NCBI GenBank assembly: GCA_002841275.1
Contig: PHET01000001.1
Coordinates: 171,437 to 235,436, forward strand
DNA: 64,000 nucleotides
Reading direction: 5' to 3'
Origin: Actinobacteria bacterium HGW-Actinobacteria-7
GTDB taxonomy: Bacteria > Actinomycetota > Coriobacteriia > Anaerosomatales > PHET01
Positions 27,641-38,034 of this stretch are shown here, one piece after another (positions within the stretch are counted from its first letter, which is position 1; every line of letters starts with the position of its first letter). Made by a program: the position numbers and the translations under genes. The notes below the pieces were generated by a model. That model was not told the DNA's origin and ran no database searches. It worked only from the letters and a program-made list of their open reading frames with translations.

Positions 27641-28297
27641 CTACACCCCGCCGGTCGCGCGTTCGCGCTCGCCGGTGATCAGATAGGCGATTCGCTCGCC
27701 GATATCCACAGCGTTGTCAGCGATGCGCTCAAGATACCGGCTGGCCAGAACCATCGAAGACGCCCATTCGATCTCCTCTTCCTCCTGCAGCCGGGCAAGC
27801 TCCCGGAAGAACTGCTTGTAGAGGTGGTCGATTGGCTCATCTAGCTCGGGGAGCTTGCGCGCCAGCTCCAGGTCCCGTGTCTCAAGCGCCTCGCGCGTCG
27901 CGTCGAGAACGCGATACACAAGATTGCCCTGCGCCTGAATCAGATCGTAGAGAGTCTGCGGCCCACGCCTGCCAGCGGTACGCCGCGTCGCCTTGGCGAT
28001 GTTGACGGCAAGATCCGCCATACGCTCAAGGTGCATCACGATGAACACGAGCGACTGGAGAAGCCTCAGGTCACGAGCGACCGGAAACTGAGTGGCGATG
28101 GTCTCGAGCACGCGTTCCTCGACCGCCAAACACCGTTCATCAATGACGTCGTCGCCGTCAATCACCGTGACGGCGAGATCGACATCACCCGTGATCAATG
28201 ACGTCACCGAAGAACGTGTGGTCGCTGTCACCGCCACAACTATGTCAACGACCTCGGCATGCAGGTCTGTTAGTTCCTGATAGAACTGTTCACGCAT
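27641..28297 (-). CDS. phoU: phosphate transport system regulator PhoU
   Basis: 218 aa with duplicated PhoU repeats (ERMADLAVNIAK / ERIADNAVDIGE). Confidence 0.9.
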   Translation of the reverse strand: MREQFYQELTDLHAEVVDIVVAVTATTRSSVTSLITGDVDLAVTVIDGDDVIDERCLAVEERVLETIATQFPVARDLRLLQSLVFIVMHLERMADLAVNIAKATRRTAGRRGPQTLYDLIQAQGNLVYRVLDATREALETRDLELARKLPELDEPIDHLYKQFFRELARLQEEEEIEWASSMVLASRYLERIADNAVDIGERIAYLITGERERATGGV

Positions 28298-28391
28298 AAG
28301 TACTCCTCAGTTGCATATCCGACTGCTCTGTCCCCCAGTATAAGCGCCCGGAGAGGCACCTGCTGTTACTTGGACGTAAAACCGTCCGGAC

Positions 28392-29219
28392 CTAGCCGAA
28401 GCGCCCCGTTATGTAGTCCTCAGTACGCTTGTCGGTCGGGCTGGTAAAGATGTCGCTCGTGCGACCGAACTCGACCATCGCGGCCGGCTCACCGGCAAGC
28501 TCCTGGAGGAAGAACGCCGTGTAGTCGCTGACTCTCGCAGCCTGCTGCATGTTGTGCGTGACGATGACGATCGTGACCGTGTCCTTGAGTTCGGCCATCA
28601 GATCCTCGATCTTCTGCACTGATGTTGGGTCGATGGCCGAGCACGGCTCGTCCATCAGGAGCACTTCCGGCTCGACCGCCAGCACCCGTGCGATACACAG
28701 CCTCTGCTGCTGTCCACCGGACAGGGTGAGACCGCCACGGCCAAGGATGTCCTTGACCTCTTTCCACAGGTTGGCTCGCTTGAGTGACTCCTCTACGAGG
28801 CCGTCAAGATCGCTCTTCTTCTTGACGCCTTGCAGCCGAGGCCCATAGGCGACGTTGTCGTATATCGACTGAGGAAACGGGTTGGGCTGCTGGAAGATCA
28901 TGCCCACGCGTCTGCGAAGATCGACCGGATCGACTCCCTGACCGTAGATGTCCGCGCCATCGAGCAACATGGTGCCCTCGACGCGCGTCCCCGGGATAAG
29001 GTCGTTCATGCGGTTCATGCACCTGAGGAATGTGGACTTGCCACAACCAGAAGGACCGATGAACGCAGTGACCGCCTTCTTCCGGATTTCCACCGAGATA
29101 CCTGTCAGCGCGTTGAAATCGCTGTACCAGAAGTTGAGCCCTCGGACGGAGATCTTGACATCGCCGGGTTCGGAATGTGGCAGGTTGTGATGGAAGCTGG
29201 TGGCCTGAACGGGCGTCAT
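28392..29219 (-). CDS. pstB: phosphate ABC transporter ATP-binding protein
   Basis: Walker [10 protein letters not shown], the signature LSGGQQQRL and Walker B LLMDEP. The typical PstB N-terminus ([10 protein letters not shown]) is present. Confidence 0.9.
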   Translation of the reverse strand: MTPVQATSFHHNLPHSEPGDVKISVRGLNFWYSDFNALTGISVEIRKKAVTAFIGPSGCGKSTFLRCMNRMNDLIPGTRVEGTMLLDGADIYGQGVDPVDLRRRVGMIFQQPNPFPQSIYDNVAYGPRLQGVKKKSDLDGLVEESLKRANLWKEVKDILGRGGLTLSGGQQQRLCIARVLAVEPEVLLMDEPCSAIDPTSVQKIEDLMAELKDTVTIVIVTHNMQQAARVSDYTAFFLQELAGEPAAMVEFGRTSDIFTSPTDKRTEDYITGRFG

Positions 29220-29224
29220 CGTGT

Positions 29225-30049
29225 CTACACCTTCCGATATCGCTTGAGAATCCAGCGGGCACTCAGGTTGAATCCGAGAATCATGAGCATGAGCAGCAAC
29301 GCCGTGCCGTACGCGGCGGGAAGGTTGATCCCCTCAACGGCGAGCAAGTACAGATGCACGGTCATAGGACGTCCGGATTCCAGCGGCGAGATCGGCAGCC
29401 AGATCGCCTGTCCCATGGTGTAGAACACCACGGCGGTTTCCCCAACGGCCCGACCGGTAGCTAGGACGATGCCGGTAATGACACGAGGCGCGGCAGCCGG
29501 CAAGACGACCTTGCTGACCGTCTGCCACTTGGTGGCACCCATTCCGTAGCTGCCCCACCTGATATACCTCGGGACCGAACGAATCGCTTCCTCAGTGGCC
29601 CGCATCACTATCGGCAGCATGAGCAGGGAAAGAGCAAGAGAGGCCGAGAGCATCGAGAGGCCGAATCCCATAGCCTCAACGAAGAGTGCGAACCCGAAAA
29701 GGCCCATGACGATGGACGGCACACTTGCCAGCGAGTCCGCCGCGAACCTGATGATCGAGACGATTCGCCCCTGGTGTGCGTACTCGGCCAGATACACCGC
29801 TGCCAACACCGCGACAGGGGTGCAGATCAGCATGGACAGTATCGTCACATAGAGCGTCGAAACGATGGTCGGCCACACCCCGCCCTCGGAGTTCACCCCG
29901 TGGGGCCACGTGAAGATGAACGCCGGCGACAGCACTCGGACTCCATTGACGAACACGTAGATGATGATTGCCCCCAGCACGGCCACCGTTATGCCGGCTG
30001 CAACCCAGAGCACTGCGACGGCGATGTTGTTCGTTATCCGTTTGTCCAT
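29225..30049 (-). CDS. pstA: phosphate ABC transporter permease PstA
   Basis: 274 aa, 6 TM, with the permease EAA-like loop ([33 protein letters not shown]). Confidence 0.9.
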   Translation of the reverse strand: MDKRITNNIAVAVLWVAAGITVAVLGAIIIYVFVNGVRVLSPAFIFTWPHGVNSEGGVWPTIVSTLYVTILSMLICTPVAVLAAVYLAEYAHQGRIVSIIRFAADSLASVPSIVMGLFGFALFVEAMGFGLSMLSASLALSLLMLPIVMRATEEAIRSVPRYIRWGSYGMGATKWQTVSKVVLPAAAPRVITGIVLATGRAVGETAVVFYTMGQAIWLPISPLESGRPMTVHLYLLAVEGINLPAAYGTALLLMLMILGFNLSARWILKRYRKV

Positions 30050-30053
30050 CGTG

Positions 30054-30959
30054 TCAGTCCCTCAACCTAGACAGAAGACGAACCATCAGTACCAATGCCA
30101 TCGAGATCACGAACAGAATGGCTGCCATGCCGAACAGTGCCGTTCGATGCGTGCCGGTCGAGTAGCCCATATCCATGACGATCTGGCTCGTGAGCGTGGA
30201 GACCGGCTCGCCCACACCTGCGAAGAACTGTGGCGCATTGCCGACAAGCATGAGAACCGCCATCGTCTCACCGATTGCGCGTCCCATCCCAAGAATGATT
30301 GCGTCGATGATGCCGATCTTGGCCGCTGGCACCACGACCTTGTAGATGGTCTGCCACTGTGTCGCGCCCATGGCGTAGCTCGCCTCGCGTATGCCCATGG
30401 GAATTGAGCGCAAGGCATCCTCGGAGAGTGCGGCGATAGTGGGAACAATCATGATCGCCAACACGATCCACGCAGTTAACGGGCCGAATCCCACTGAACC
30501 GGTCAACTCACCGATGAGGGGCCGAAGCAATACCACGCCAAAGAACCCATAGACCACTGACGGGATTCCCGCGAGCAGCTCAACGGCCGGTCGGACGAAG
30601 GAACGGATACGGGGTGTCGCGATCTCCGAAAGGAAGACAGCCGTGCCGACGGCAAGCGGCGTGCCCAGAGCAAGAGCACCCAGCGTAACCACAAAAGACC
30701 CCTGAATAAGCGCAAGGATTCCAAAAGAGCCATCCGATGGCGCCCACACCGTGCCGAAGAGGAAGTCGCCGAACCCCACCTCGCCCAGAATGGGCCACGC
30801 CTTCCAGCCGACGAAGGCGAAGATCAGCGCGACACCAAGAACCGCTACGAACGCACAGGAGAAGAACAGGGCCGCGAGCAACCACTCCTTGACCTGGGTT
30901 TCGCGCGAAACCAGGGTCAACTCACTCTTCGAGGCAGCTGGGTTCTGAACAGACATCAA
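30054..30959 (-). CDS. pstC: phosphate ABC transporter permease PstC
   Basis: 301 aa, with the permease motif EDALRSIPMGIREASYAMGATQWQTIYKVVVPAA. Confidence 0.9.
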   Translation of the reverse strand: MMSVQNPAASKSELTLVSRETQVKEWLLAALFFSCAFVAVLGVALIFAFVGWKAWPILGEVGFGDFLFGTVWAPSDGSFGILALIQGSFVVTLGALALGTPLAVGTAVFLSEIATPRIRSFVRPAVELLAGIPSVVYGFFGVVLLRPLIGELTGSVGFGPLTAWIVLAIMIVPTIAALSEDALRSIPMGIREASYAMGATQWQTIYKVVVPAAKIGIIDAIILGMGRAIGETMAVLMLVGNAPQFFAGVGEPVSTLTSQIVMDMGYSTGTHRTALFGMAAILFVISMALVLMVRLLSRLRD

Positions 30960-31792
30960 CGGCCGTCCCTGTCGCTCACCGGGACGAAGCCCGCATCAAC
31001 GACAACGCCCTGCTGGACCTTGTCGGACAGCACGTATTCGATGAACTTCGCAGTGAGCCCCGTGGGCTCACCCTTCGTGAAGAAGTGAAGTGTCCGAGCA
31101 ATTGGGTACTTCTTGCTCGTGACTGTCGCCTTCGTAGGCTCGACCCCGTCGACCGGCAGCGCCTTCACCGGCAAAGAACCGAACCTGGGTGCCACGAAAC
31201 CGACGGAGATATAGCCGATGGCCCCAGGAGCTCGAGCAACGACGTCGCGAACCTGTCCTGTTCCCGGAAGAACCACGGCCGACCGATCAAACTTCGCGTC
31301 GTCGGTCATGACGATCTTCTTGAACGCCTCCCGCGTACCAGACGCCTCATCACGATTCACCAGGTCGATGTCACGGTCCTCGCCACCCAACTGCTTCCAG
31401 TTGGACACCTCACCCGAGAAGATGGCGCGAAGCTGCTCGACTGTCAGGCCTGAGATCGGGTTGGAGGGGTTCACGATCACCGCGATTCCATCGAACGCGA
31501 TGGGCGTGTCCACCAACCCCTTGCCCTCTTCCTCGGGCTTCAGGTCGCGCGATGAGCTGCCGATCTCGCTCGTGCCAGTCATGACAGCTTCGATCCCCGC
31601 CGACGACCCCTGACCCGAGACAAGAACGCTGGTGCCCGGGTTGGCCTTCTGATAGCCCTCAGCCGCCTGCTCGGCGATAGGCAGGATGGTCGTCGAGCCC
31701 GTCACGATCAGCTGTGTGGTCGAATCATGTCCACTCGAGCAGCCGGACAACAACCCGACACACACGAGAAACCCGGCTACGAGAGAATACAC
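30956..31792 (-). CDS. pstS: phosphate-binding lipoprotein PstS; GTG start chosen, overlapping the pgeF 3' end
   Basis: A lipoprotein signal with lipobox (VYSLVAGFLVCVGLLSGC) and a PBP fold (TGSTTILP...GQGSSAGI). Confidence 0.8.
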   Translation of the reverse strand: MYSLVAGFLVCVGLLSGCSSGHDSTTQLIVTGSTTILPIAEQAAEGYQKANPGTSVLVSGQGSSAGIEAVMTGTSEIGSSSRDLKPEEEGKGLVDTPIAFDGIAVIVNPSNPISGLTVEQLRAIFSGEVSNWKQLGGEDRDIDLVNRDEASGTREAFKKIVMTDDAKFDRSAVVLPGTGQVRDVVARAPGAIGYISVGFVAPRFGSLPVKALPVDGVEPTKATVTSKKYPIARTLHFFTKGEPTGLTAKFIEYVLSDKVQQGVVVDAGFVPVSDRDGR

Positions 31793-32583
31793 GCGAACGC
31801 GCCGTGTCGGCCCGTGAGGCCTGCCTCGGCGCGATACGAGTAGAACCGGTCGGTCATCTCGGCGGTACAGACCCCGAGACGTACGATGTTGCACGGGTCG
31901 ACTCCTGCGGATTCTAAAGACGCGGCCACAACAAAGCCGAGATCGAGTCCACCCGATTCGGCCCGCGCAACTGTACCAAAGCCGTTGACGAAATGCGACA
32001 TGATTTCATCGCTGACTTGATAGTGGCAGGGGCCGATGTGCGGCCCGATATAGGCACGAATACCGGACACGTCGGTCTGCACAATTGCGAGTGACGGCCC
32101 GGGCGCCGCGAGGATCACCGGTACGCAGTCAGCGAAGCACAGCAACATCGGTAGCTCGACCGCACGCGTCATCAGCGCGTCAGCAGCCGAAACAGGCGGT
32201 GACCCACCGTTGGCGTACGCACCGCGGCCAGCGTCACTCTCGCCCACCACGATGGTCGCCACGCCGTGCACCTGCTCGGCACTGACCATCTGGGAACGCA
32301 AGTGCTCCAGTCCCAGCGCGACAAGCAGTCGACGCCTGTTCTCGTCTACCGCCGCAGAGGCATCCCCCACGTGACCCGCGAGATTCAGACTGCCAAACGG
32401 AGTGGCGCTCACTCCACCTGTGCGCTCGGAGAAGCCCATGATGAATCCCAGCTCTCGGGCGCCTGGATCGGTCCAGATGCCGATGCCATCGGACTCCACG
32501 CGTTGCAAGCTTGGCGGCTTCCCGATCAACTCGCAGACGACCTCTCTCTGAGAATGTTGACGTGGTTCGATTAAGGGTACCAA
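31777..32583 (-). CDS. pgeF: PgeF/YfiH-family purine nucleoside phosphorylase (DUF152, laccase-domain protein)
   Basis: 268 aa. It occupies the conserved position downstream of ftsZ. The motifs HAGWRG-like (NLAGHVGD) and C..H are present. Confidence 0.8.
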   Translation of the reverse strand: MVPLIEPRQHSQREVVCELIGKPPSLQRVESDGIGIWTDPGARELGFIMGFSERTGGVSATPFGSLNLAGHVGDASAAVDENRRRLLVALGLEHLRSQMVSAEQVHGVATIVVGESDAGRGAYANGGSPPVSAADALMTRAVELPMLLCFADCVPVILAAPGPSLAIVQTDVSGIRAYIGPHIGPCHYQVSDEIMSHFVNGFGTVARAESGGLDLGFVVAASLESAGVDPCNIVRLGVCTAEMTDRFYSYRAEAGLTGRHGAFACILS

Positions 32584-32635
32584 GAACCACGAGTGCAGAA
32601 CGGCACTCGCACATCATCGACCTGCGGGAGGGAAC

Positions 32636-33394
32636 ATGAACCAGATAGACTTGGGCAGAGCGCTCAAAGCGTTCTTCGACGACAAGGAATGGATTACCAA
32701 GACCCTCTGGGGATTCCTCTGGATACTGTTGGGTGTAACGGCACCTGCCGCCTACGGCGCCCAGGTCGACTACATAAAGGATGTGTCGGAGGGGACCGAG
32801 ACCCTTCCCCTTTGGGACGATTTCGGTGGCAAGTGGGTCAAGGGCCTGCTGGTCATGGTCGCAGGATTCATCTACTTCCTGCCTGTCGTGGTAGTTGCGC
32901 TGATCCTCTTCGTCCCGGCCGCCATTGCGGCCATCGGAGGCAACGGCTCTGATTCCCTTGGTGCGCTGTTCGCAGGTGGTGCGTGCTTCTTCGGCTTGTT
33001 CGCAACCATCTATGTGATCGTGATGTCCGTGCTCTTCTCGTCAGCTGTCGTGAACTTCGCCATGAAGGGCAACTTCGGCGCTCTGTTCGAGTTCGGTGAG
33101 ATCATGGGCAAAGTCCGCGGCGGGACGGGCTATTTCAACGCCTGGCTGTGGTCATTGGTCATCTCTCTGATCGGCGGCACGGTGTCAGGCGCCGTAGCAT
33201 CGACGGTTGTCGGCGGTATCCTATCGCCTGCCATCGCCTACTTCATGCTCATGGCAAGCGGACATGTCTTCGGTCAGTGGGCAGCCGTGGCGTACGGACG
33301 GTCATCGGTCTCCCCCGGCACGACGCCTCCACCGACCGGCTACTCGATTCCCGCTCCACCAGCACCCCCGGCACCCCCAGCACCGTTCAGCTGA
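32636..33394 (+). CDS. DUF4013-like polytopic membrane protein with a Pro/Ala-rich C-terminal tail
   Basis: 252 aa, 5-6 TM. The C-terminus reads PPPTGYSIPAPPAPPAPPAPFS. GGGAGGG lies 5 nt upstream of the ATG. It is on the opposite strand, between ftsZ and pgeF. Confidence 0.65.
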   Translation: MNQIDLGRALKAFFDDKEWITKTLWGFLWILLGVTAPAAYGAQVDYIKDVSEGTETLPLWDDFGGKWVKGLLVMVAGFIYFLPVVVVALILFVPAAIAAIGGNGSDSLGALFAGGACFFGLFATIYVIVMSVLFSSAVVNFAMKGNFGALFEFGEIMGKVRGGTGYFNAWLWSLVISLIGGTVSGAVASTVVGGILSPAIAYFMLMASGHVFGQWAAVAYGRSSVSPGTTPPPTGYSIPAPPAPPAPPAPFS

Positions 33395-33415
33395 TACGCA
33401 CATGACATGAACGCG

Positions 33416-33455
33416 AGTCGGGCCCGCCCTTTCGGACGGGCCCGACTTGTCTGTG
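33416..33455 (+). terminator. rho-independent terminator after the DUF4013 gene
   Basis: GUCGGGCCCG-cccuuucgga-CGGGCCCGAC followed by UUGUCUGUG. Confidence 0.7.
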
Positions 33456-33464
33456 TCGGAAGAA

Positions 33465-33508
33465 GAATAGGACCCGGTGGCGACGAGGTCCCGCCGTCGT
33501 CGCCACCG
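33465..33508 (-). terminator. probable terminator/attenuator downstream of ftsZ
   Basis: A perfect 10-bp hairpin (GGUGGCGACG...CGUCGCCACC) followed on the minus strand by UAUUCUUCUUCC. Confidence 0.5.
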
Positions 33509-33528
33509 GGTCCAAACCGAGAATCCTG

Positions 33529-34611
33529 CTAGAAGGAACGCTTCTTCAGAAACGCCGGGATATCGAGGTCGTCCTCCCCGATAGGCTCGAACGTGGGAAC
33601 CGACAATGCGTTTGCGTCATCGTCAGCCAGTGCAGAGAACGACATGGTCTCCTGCTTGCGAACTCCATCGAAACCAGTGGCGATGACGGTGACTCGAATC
33701 TGGTCCATCATCGAGTCATCGATGACCGCTCCGAAGATGATGTTTGCATCGGGCGCCGCGGCAGCCGCAACAACCTCAGCCGCCTCGTTGACCTCAAACA
33801 GCCCCAAGTCGCTGCCACCGGAGATCGAAAGCAGCACGCCCTGCGCGCCCTGGATCGAAGACTCGAGCAGCGGACTGGAGATTGCGGCCTTCGCCGCCTC
33901 GTGGGCACGGCTGTCGCCTGACGCAAGTCCGATTCCCATAAGGGCGGAACCCGCGTTGGCCATGATCGTCCGGACGTCGGCGAAGTCGAGGTTGATCAAG
34001 CCCGGAACAGTAATCAGATCGGTGATGCCCTGCGTGCCCTGTCGAAGCACATCGTCTGCGATTCTGAACGCGTCCAGTATCGATGTCTTCTTCTCGGCCA
34101 CCTGAAGCAAGCGATCGTTGGGAATTATGATGAGCGTGTCCACGACCTCGCGCAGACGCTTGATTCCCTCGTCCGCCTGAAGTGCACGCTTGCGGCCCTC
34201 GAAAGCGAACGGACGAGTGACGACTCCTACCGTCAGCGCGCCAATCTCCTCTTTCGCGATCTGAGCGATCACGGGCGCTGCACCAGTACCGGTGCCACCA
34301 CCCTCGCCAGCGGTGATGAAGACCATGTCCGCGCCCTGGAGCGCCTCTTTGATCTCACCGCGGTTCTCCTCGGCCGCCTGGAATCCAACGTCCGGATCGG
34401 CGCCCGCCCCAAGTCCCTTTGTGAGATTGACCCCGACATGGACCTTGTAGTCCGCGTCAGACATCAGCAGCGCCTGGGCATCGGTGTTCACTGCGATGAA
34501 CTCCACACCCTTGACACCGGCCTCGACCATGCGATTCACGGCGTTGGTACCGCCACCGCCAATCCCTACGACCTTGATTACTGCTAGATAGTTCGCGCCC
34601 GTGTCGAGCAT
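33529..34611 (-). CDS. ftsZ: cell division protein FtsZ
   Basis: The tubulin signature [29 protein letters not shown] and NTDAQAL are present. The start was set at MLDTGANY, giving about 360 aa. Confidence 0.95.
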   Translation of the reverse strand: MLDTGANYLAVIKVVGIGGGGTNAVNRMVEAGVKGVEFIAVNTDAQALLMSDADYKVHVGVNLTKGLGAGADPDVGFQAAEENRGEIKEALQGADMVFITAGEGGGTGTGAAPVIAQIAKEEIGALTVGVVTRPFAFEGRKRALQADEGIKRLREVVDTLIIIPNDRLLQVAEKKTSILDAFRIADDVLRQGTQGITDLITVPGLINLDFADVRTIMANAGSALMGIGLASGDSRAHEAAKAAISSPLLESSIQGAQGVLLSISGGSDLGLFEVNEAAEVVAAAAAPDANIIFGAVIDDSMMDQIRVTVIATGFDGVRKQETMSFSALADDDANALSVPTFEPIGEDDLDIPAFLKKRSF

Positions 34612-34794
34612 ATGGTGCCTCCCCGTAACAACGGTCAGATGAGCTACCCTCAACCTCTAGTTTACCGTTAGACATCAACTTGAACACTCAATCTTCGCAC
34701 AAACCTTACCCATTGTGCAAGTATCTTCTTTGAGTTCTCGTTGAAGTCGGGATCTGGCGTACAAACTGGCTGCTCACAGGGTGTGTCTACCGAA

Positions 34795-35781
34795 CTATTT
34801 GGGCGCGCCAAGCCCCCGCCAGATGGGACTCTCGACAACCCTCACGTTGATGTAGACGACCTCACCCTTCTTCTTCTGCAGGATCTGCCTCACGATTCGG
34901 TCCTTGGCCACAAGTTGAGAGGCGTCACCGATGAATACCTCGACGTCGTCATCGGTGATGAGCGCGGTCTTGTCGATTGTTGGTGCAGACAGGACCGTGG
35001 TCATGCCTCTCAGCTCTGGACTGATTCCCGCTACGATCTTCAGAGCATTGAGCAGTTCCTTCGAGCTGGTGCGTCTACCGGCGGTGGGGACGACTCCGGG
35101 GATGTCCCTGATCACAATCATCCCCTTGTCCCGGGTCGTGCGCTTGCCCAGCCAGTAGCCGTCGCCCGAGATCACCCAGACATTGGTACCACCCGCGTCC
35201 ACGATTGCTGCCGACCGGCGCTCCTCCACGACTAGCCGCAATGTCCCGGGAAACCGCTTCTCGACCCTCGCGCTTCCAATCCAGGGATCGCTCTGGAGGC
35301 GCGCCACTATCTTTCCACTCGGCACCCGTACCAACGTGGCGTCAGATGGAACCTGTGCGAGTGCGACCACCGTCGCCTTATCGAGATGCTTCAACCCCGA
35401 GACTTCAATCGTGCGTATGGGAAGGATGGGAGCGCGATAGATAGCGACAATTCCCCAAGCGACCAGCAGCACCGCGACCAGGCCAACAGCGTAGAGTGCG
35501 CCGCGCTTCAGCCTGATCGAGCGTTGTCTCCGTTCACGCTCCAGCTTCTTGGAGGCGGAAACCTGGCGAGCCTGTTTGGACGTACGACTCTGACCTGCCT
35601 GGGGCGATCTTGCACCAGGGCGCGACTGTCGAGGCGTCAGCCTACGTTCAGCTTCAACCTGAGGTTGATTCTGTTTGTACCGGACACGTACTGTCTCATC
35701 GGCGCCGATCACAACTCGCTTACGCGAGCCCGAACGACCCGAGGAACCGTACTTCCGGCCTGAGTTCGATACCATACCCAT
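34795..35781 (-). CDS. ftsQ: cell division protein FtsQ/DivIB; the start is uncertain
   Basis: A basic N-terminal tail, a single TM (LYAVGLVAVLLVAWGIVAI) and POTRA plus FtsQ beta domains. It overlaps the murB 3' end. Confidence 0.75.
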   Translation of the reverse strand: MGMVSNSGRKYGSSGRSGSRKRVVIGADETVRVRYKQNQPQVEAERRLTPRQSRPGARSPQAGQSRTSKQARQVSASKKLERERRQRSIRLKRGALYAVGLVAVLLVAWGIVAIYRAPILPIRTIEVSGLKHLDKATVVALAQVPSDATLVRVPSGKIVARLQSDPWIGSARVEKRFPGTLRLVVEERRSAAIVDAGGTNVWVISGDGYWLGKRTTRDKGMIVIRDIPGVVPTAGRRTSSKELLNALKIVAGISPELRGMTTVLSAPTIDKTALITDDDVEVFIGDASQLVAKDRIVRQILQKKKGEVVYINVRVVESPIWRGLGAPK

Positions 35782-36637
35782 CCTCTACCGCACTGCGTAT
35801 GTGGCCAATCAGTGCGACGACATCGCTGGCCGTGGCATCCCCCGAGTTGACGATGAAGTTTGCGTGAACTTCGGATACCGTGGCGCCACCGATACTGTAG
35901 CCCTTGAGACCGAGTTCTTCGATGAGCCGGCCCGCAGAGTCACCTTCTGGATTGACGAACACGCTACCTGCGTTGGGCACCCCGAGGGGCTGCGACCGAC
36001 GGCGGCGGCGGAGGTTCGCCTCCATCACGCGCCGTATCTGCTGAATATCTCCTGGCCCGAGCCTGAGGGAGGCCTCGACGATGACCCCTCGCTTGGGCAG
36101 ATCTGTCCGCCGGTACTCCCAACGAATCTCGGAGCCACCCAATGCGACCAAACCCTCGCCGGGGACCAGGAGTGTGACCGACTCGACGATACCGCCTATC
36201 CACGCTTCGCGTGATCCGGCGTTCATGGCGAGCGCCCCGCCAAGCGTGCCGGGGATGCCCACGGCGAACTCCATCCCTGTCATCCCCCGGCGAAACGCCT
36301 CCTGCACGATAACCGCGAGGACGCTGCCCGCTCCGGCACGCACGTGTGAACCATCAACCGTGCGGTTCTTGAACTGACTGCCCAAGACTATCACGGCACC
36401 GTCGTAGCCCTCGTCCGCAACCAGCACGTTGCTTCCTTTGCCTAAGACGGTCCATTCCACCTCCTCCTCCTGGAGGATGTCGACAGTGGCACTCAGATCA
36501 GAGATTGTGTCACAGACCACGAACAGCGCGGCGGGACCACCGATACGATAGGTGGTATGAGCAGACATGCGCTCATCTTGGCGAACGTGGCTCGACAGTG
36601 CCGCCGAGAGCCGCTCGTATGCGGAAGAGACGGCCAC
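35720..36637 (-). CDS. murB: UDP-N-acetylenolpyruvoylglucosamine reductase
   Basis: A FAD-binding PCMH domain (TTYRIGGPAALFV, VLGKGSNVLV) and the MurB C-terminal domain. Confidence 0.85.
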   Translation of the reverse strand: MAVSSAYERLSAALSSHVRQDERMSAHTTYRIGGPAALFVVCDTISDLSATVDILQEEEVEWTVLGKGSNVLVADEGYDGAVIVLGSQFKNRTVDGSHVRAGAGSVLAVIVQEAFRRGMTGMEFAVGIPGTLGGALAMNAGSREAWIGGIVESVTLLVPGEGLVALGGSEIRWEYRRTDLPKRGVIVEASLRLGPGDIQQIRRVMEANLRRRRRSQPLGVPNAGSVFVNPEGDSAGRLIEELGLKGYSIGGATVSEVHANFIVNSGDATASDVVALIGHIRSAVEDGYGIELRPEVRFLGSFGLA

Positions 36638-38034
36638 TAGGGTGAGACCTGACCGATCTTGTCGTTGAGTGCATCGAGCAGCTCCGGACCCAGCGTGGTG
36701 ACGTCGCCCGCACCCATTGTCATCACCAGATCACCAGAGTGCACCACGCTGAGGAGGTAGGGCACGATATCGGCCCGGTGCGGCAAGTAGGCCGCGCGCG
36801 TCCGAGGTCGACGTCTCAGGGTCGAATCGAGCAGGGTCTTGCCTGTCACTCCGGGAATCGGCGCCTCGCCCGCACTGTAGACATCCATCAGAACAACCCT
36901 ATCCGCGTGTTCGAACGAATCGCCGAAATCGGCAGAAAACGCGGCCGTTCGACTGTAGCGGTGTGGCTGAAACACCGCCCACACCCGCGAGAAGTCCAGT
37001 TCCGCCGCCGCCTTGAGCGTCGCCCTGACTTCAGTCGGGTGGTGGGCATAGTCGTCCACGACGGTAACACCAGCCGCACTGCCGATGTGATCGAACCGGC
37101 GTCGCACTCCAGAAAACGTCGCCAGTGCGGTCGCTGCGCGCCCAAGGTCCAACTGAAGCGCGTAGGCCGTCGCCAATGCGGCGGCAGAGTTCGAGACCAT
37201 GTGTAACCCGGGTATGCTCGTGGCGCACGCGATCACTGAGCCGTCCTCGAGTTCGACTGTGAACTCGTGCCCCTCGCCCAGACGCCGCCCAGCGGCGCAG
37301 CGCACATCGCACGAGGGGGCGAATCCGTAAGTCAGGACTGCACGACCGCTCTCACGTGCCAGCTCAACGAGTCTTGCGTCGTCTCCGCACACCACTAGGA
37401 CACCGTCGTCGGGCGTTCGTGCCATGAACTCCGCGAAAGTACGCTCGATCTCGGCCAGCGAGCCATAGTGGTCCAGATGATCTGCCTCGATGTTGGTGAC
37501 GACGGCCACATCCGGCGTCAGATAGACGAAAGACCCGTCACTCTCATCGGCTTCTACAACGAAATGCCTCCCCGACCCGTTGGCGGCGTTGGTGTCGAAT
37601 CCATCCACCTCGCCTCCTATCAGGAATGTGGGGTCGAGCTCCATGCGGGAGAGCATGGTCGCTATCATCGACGAGGTGGAGGTCTTTCCATGGGTGCCGG
37701 CAACGGCAACAGTCATGCGATTCTCGGCAAGATTGGCAAGCATCTTTGCCCGAGGCCAGACTTCGATACCGCGCCGGCGGGCCTCGGTCAACTCCGGGTT
37801 GCGCTCGGGGATAGCCGTCGACACGACCACCACCTCGGGATCTCCCAGATGGTCCGCGTCATGACCGATACGCACAGGAACACCGGCCTCCACAAGCGCG
37901 CGCGAGTACCGAGACTCCCTGAGGTCACTGCCGGTGATCGCGATTCCGCGTGCGTTGAGCACAAGTGCAATGCCGCTCATGCCAGCCCCACCGACACCTA
38001 TGAAGTGCGCGTACGTCTTCTCAGGCACTATCAC
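36637..38034 (-). CDS. murC: UDP-N-acetylmuramate--L-alanine ligase
   Basis: HFIGVGGAGMSGIA and the Mur ligase GTHGKTST motif are present. Confidence 0.9.
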   Translation of the reverse strand: MIVPEKTYAHFIGVGGAGMSGIALVLNARGIAITGSDLRESRYSRALVEAGVPVRIGHDADHLGDPEVVVVSTAIPERNPELTEARRRGIEVWPRAKMLANLAENRMTVAVAGTHGKTSTSSMIATMLSRMELDPTFLIGGEVDGFDTNAANGSGRHFVVEADESDGSFVYLTPDVAVVTNIEADHLDHYGSLAEIERTFAEFMARTPDDGVLVVCGDDARLVELARESGRAVLTYGFAPSCDVRCAAGRRLGEGHEFTVELEDGSVIACATSIPGLHMVSNSAAALATAYALQLDLGRAATALATFSGVRRRFDHIGSAAGVTVVDDYAHHPTEVRATLKAAAELDFSRVWAVFQPHRYSRTAAFSADFGDSFEHADRVVLMDVYSAGEAPIPGVTGKTLLDSTLRRRPRTRAAYLPHRADIVPYLLSVVHSGDLVMTMGAGDVTTLGPELLDALNDKIGQVSP

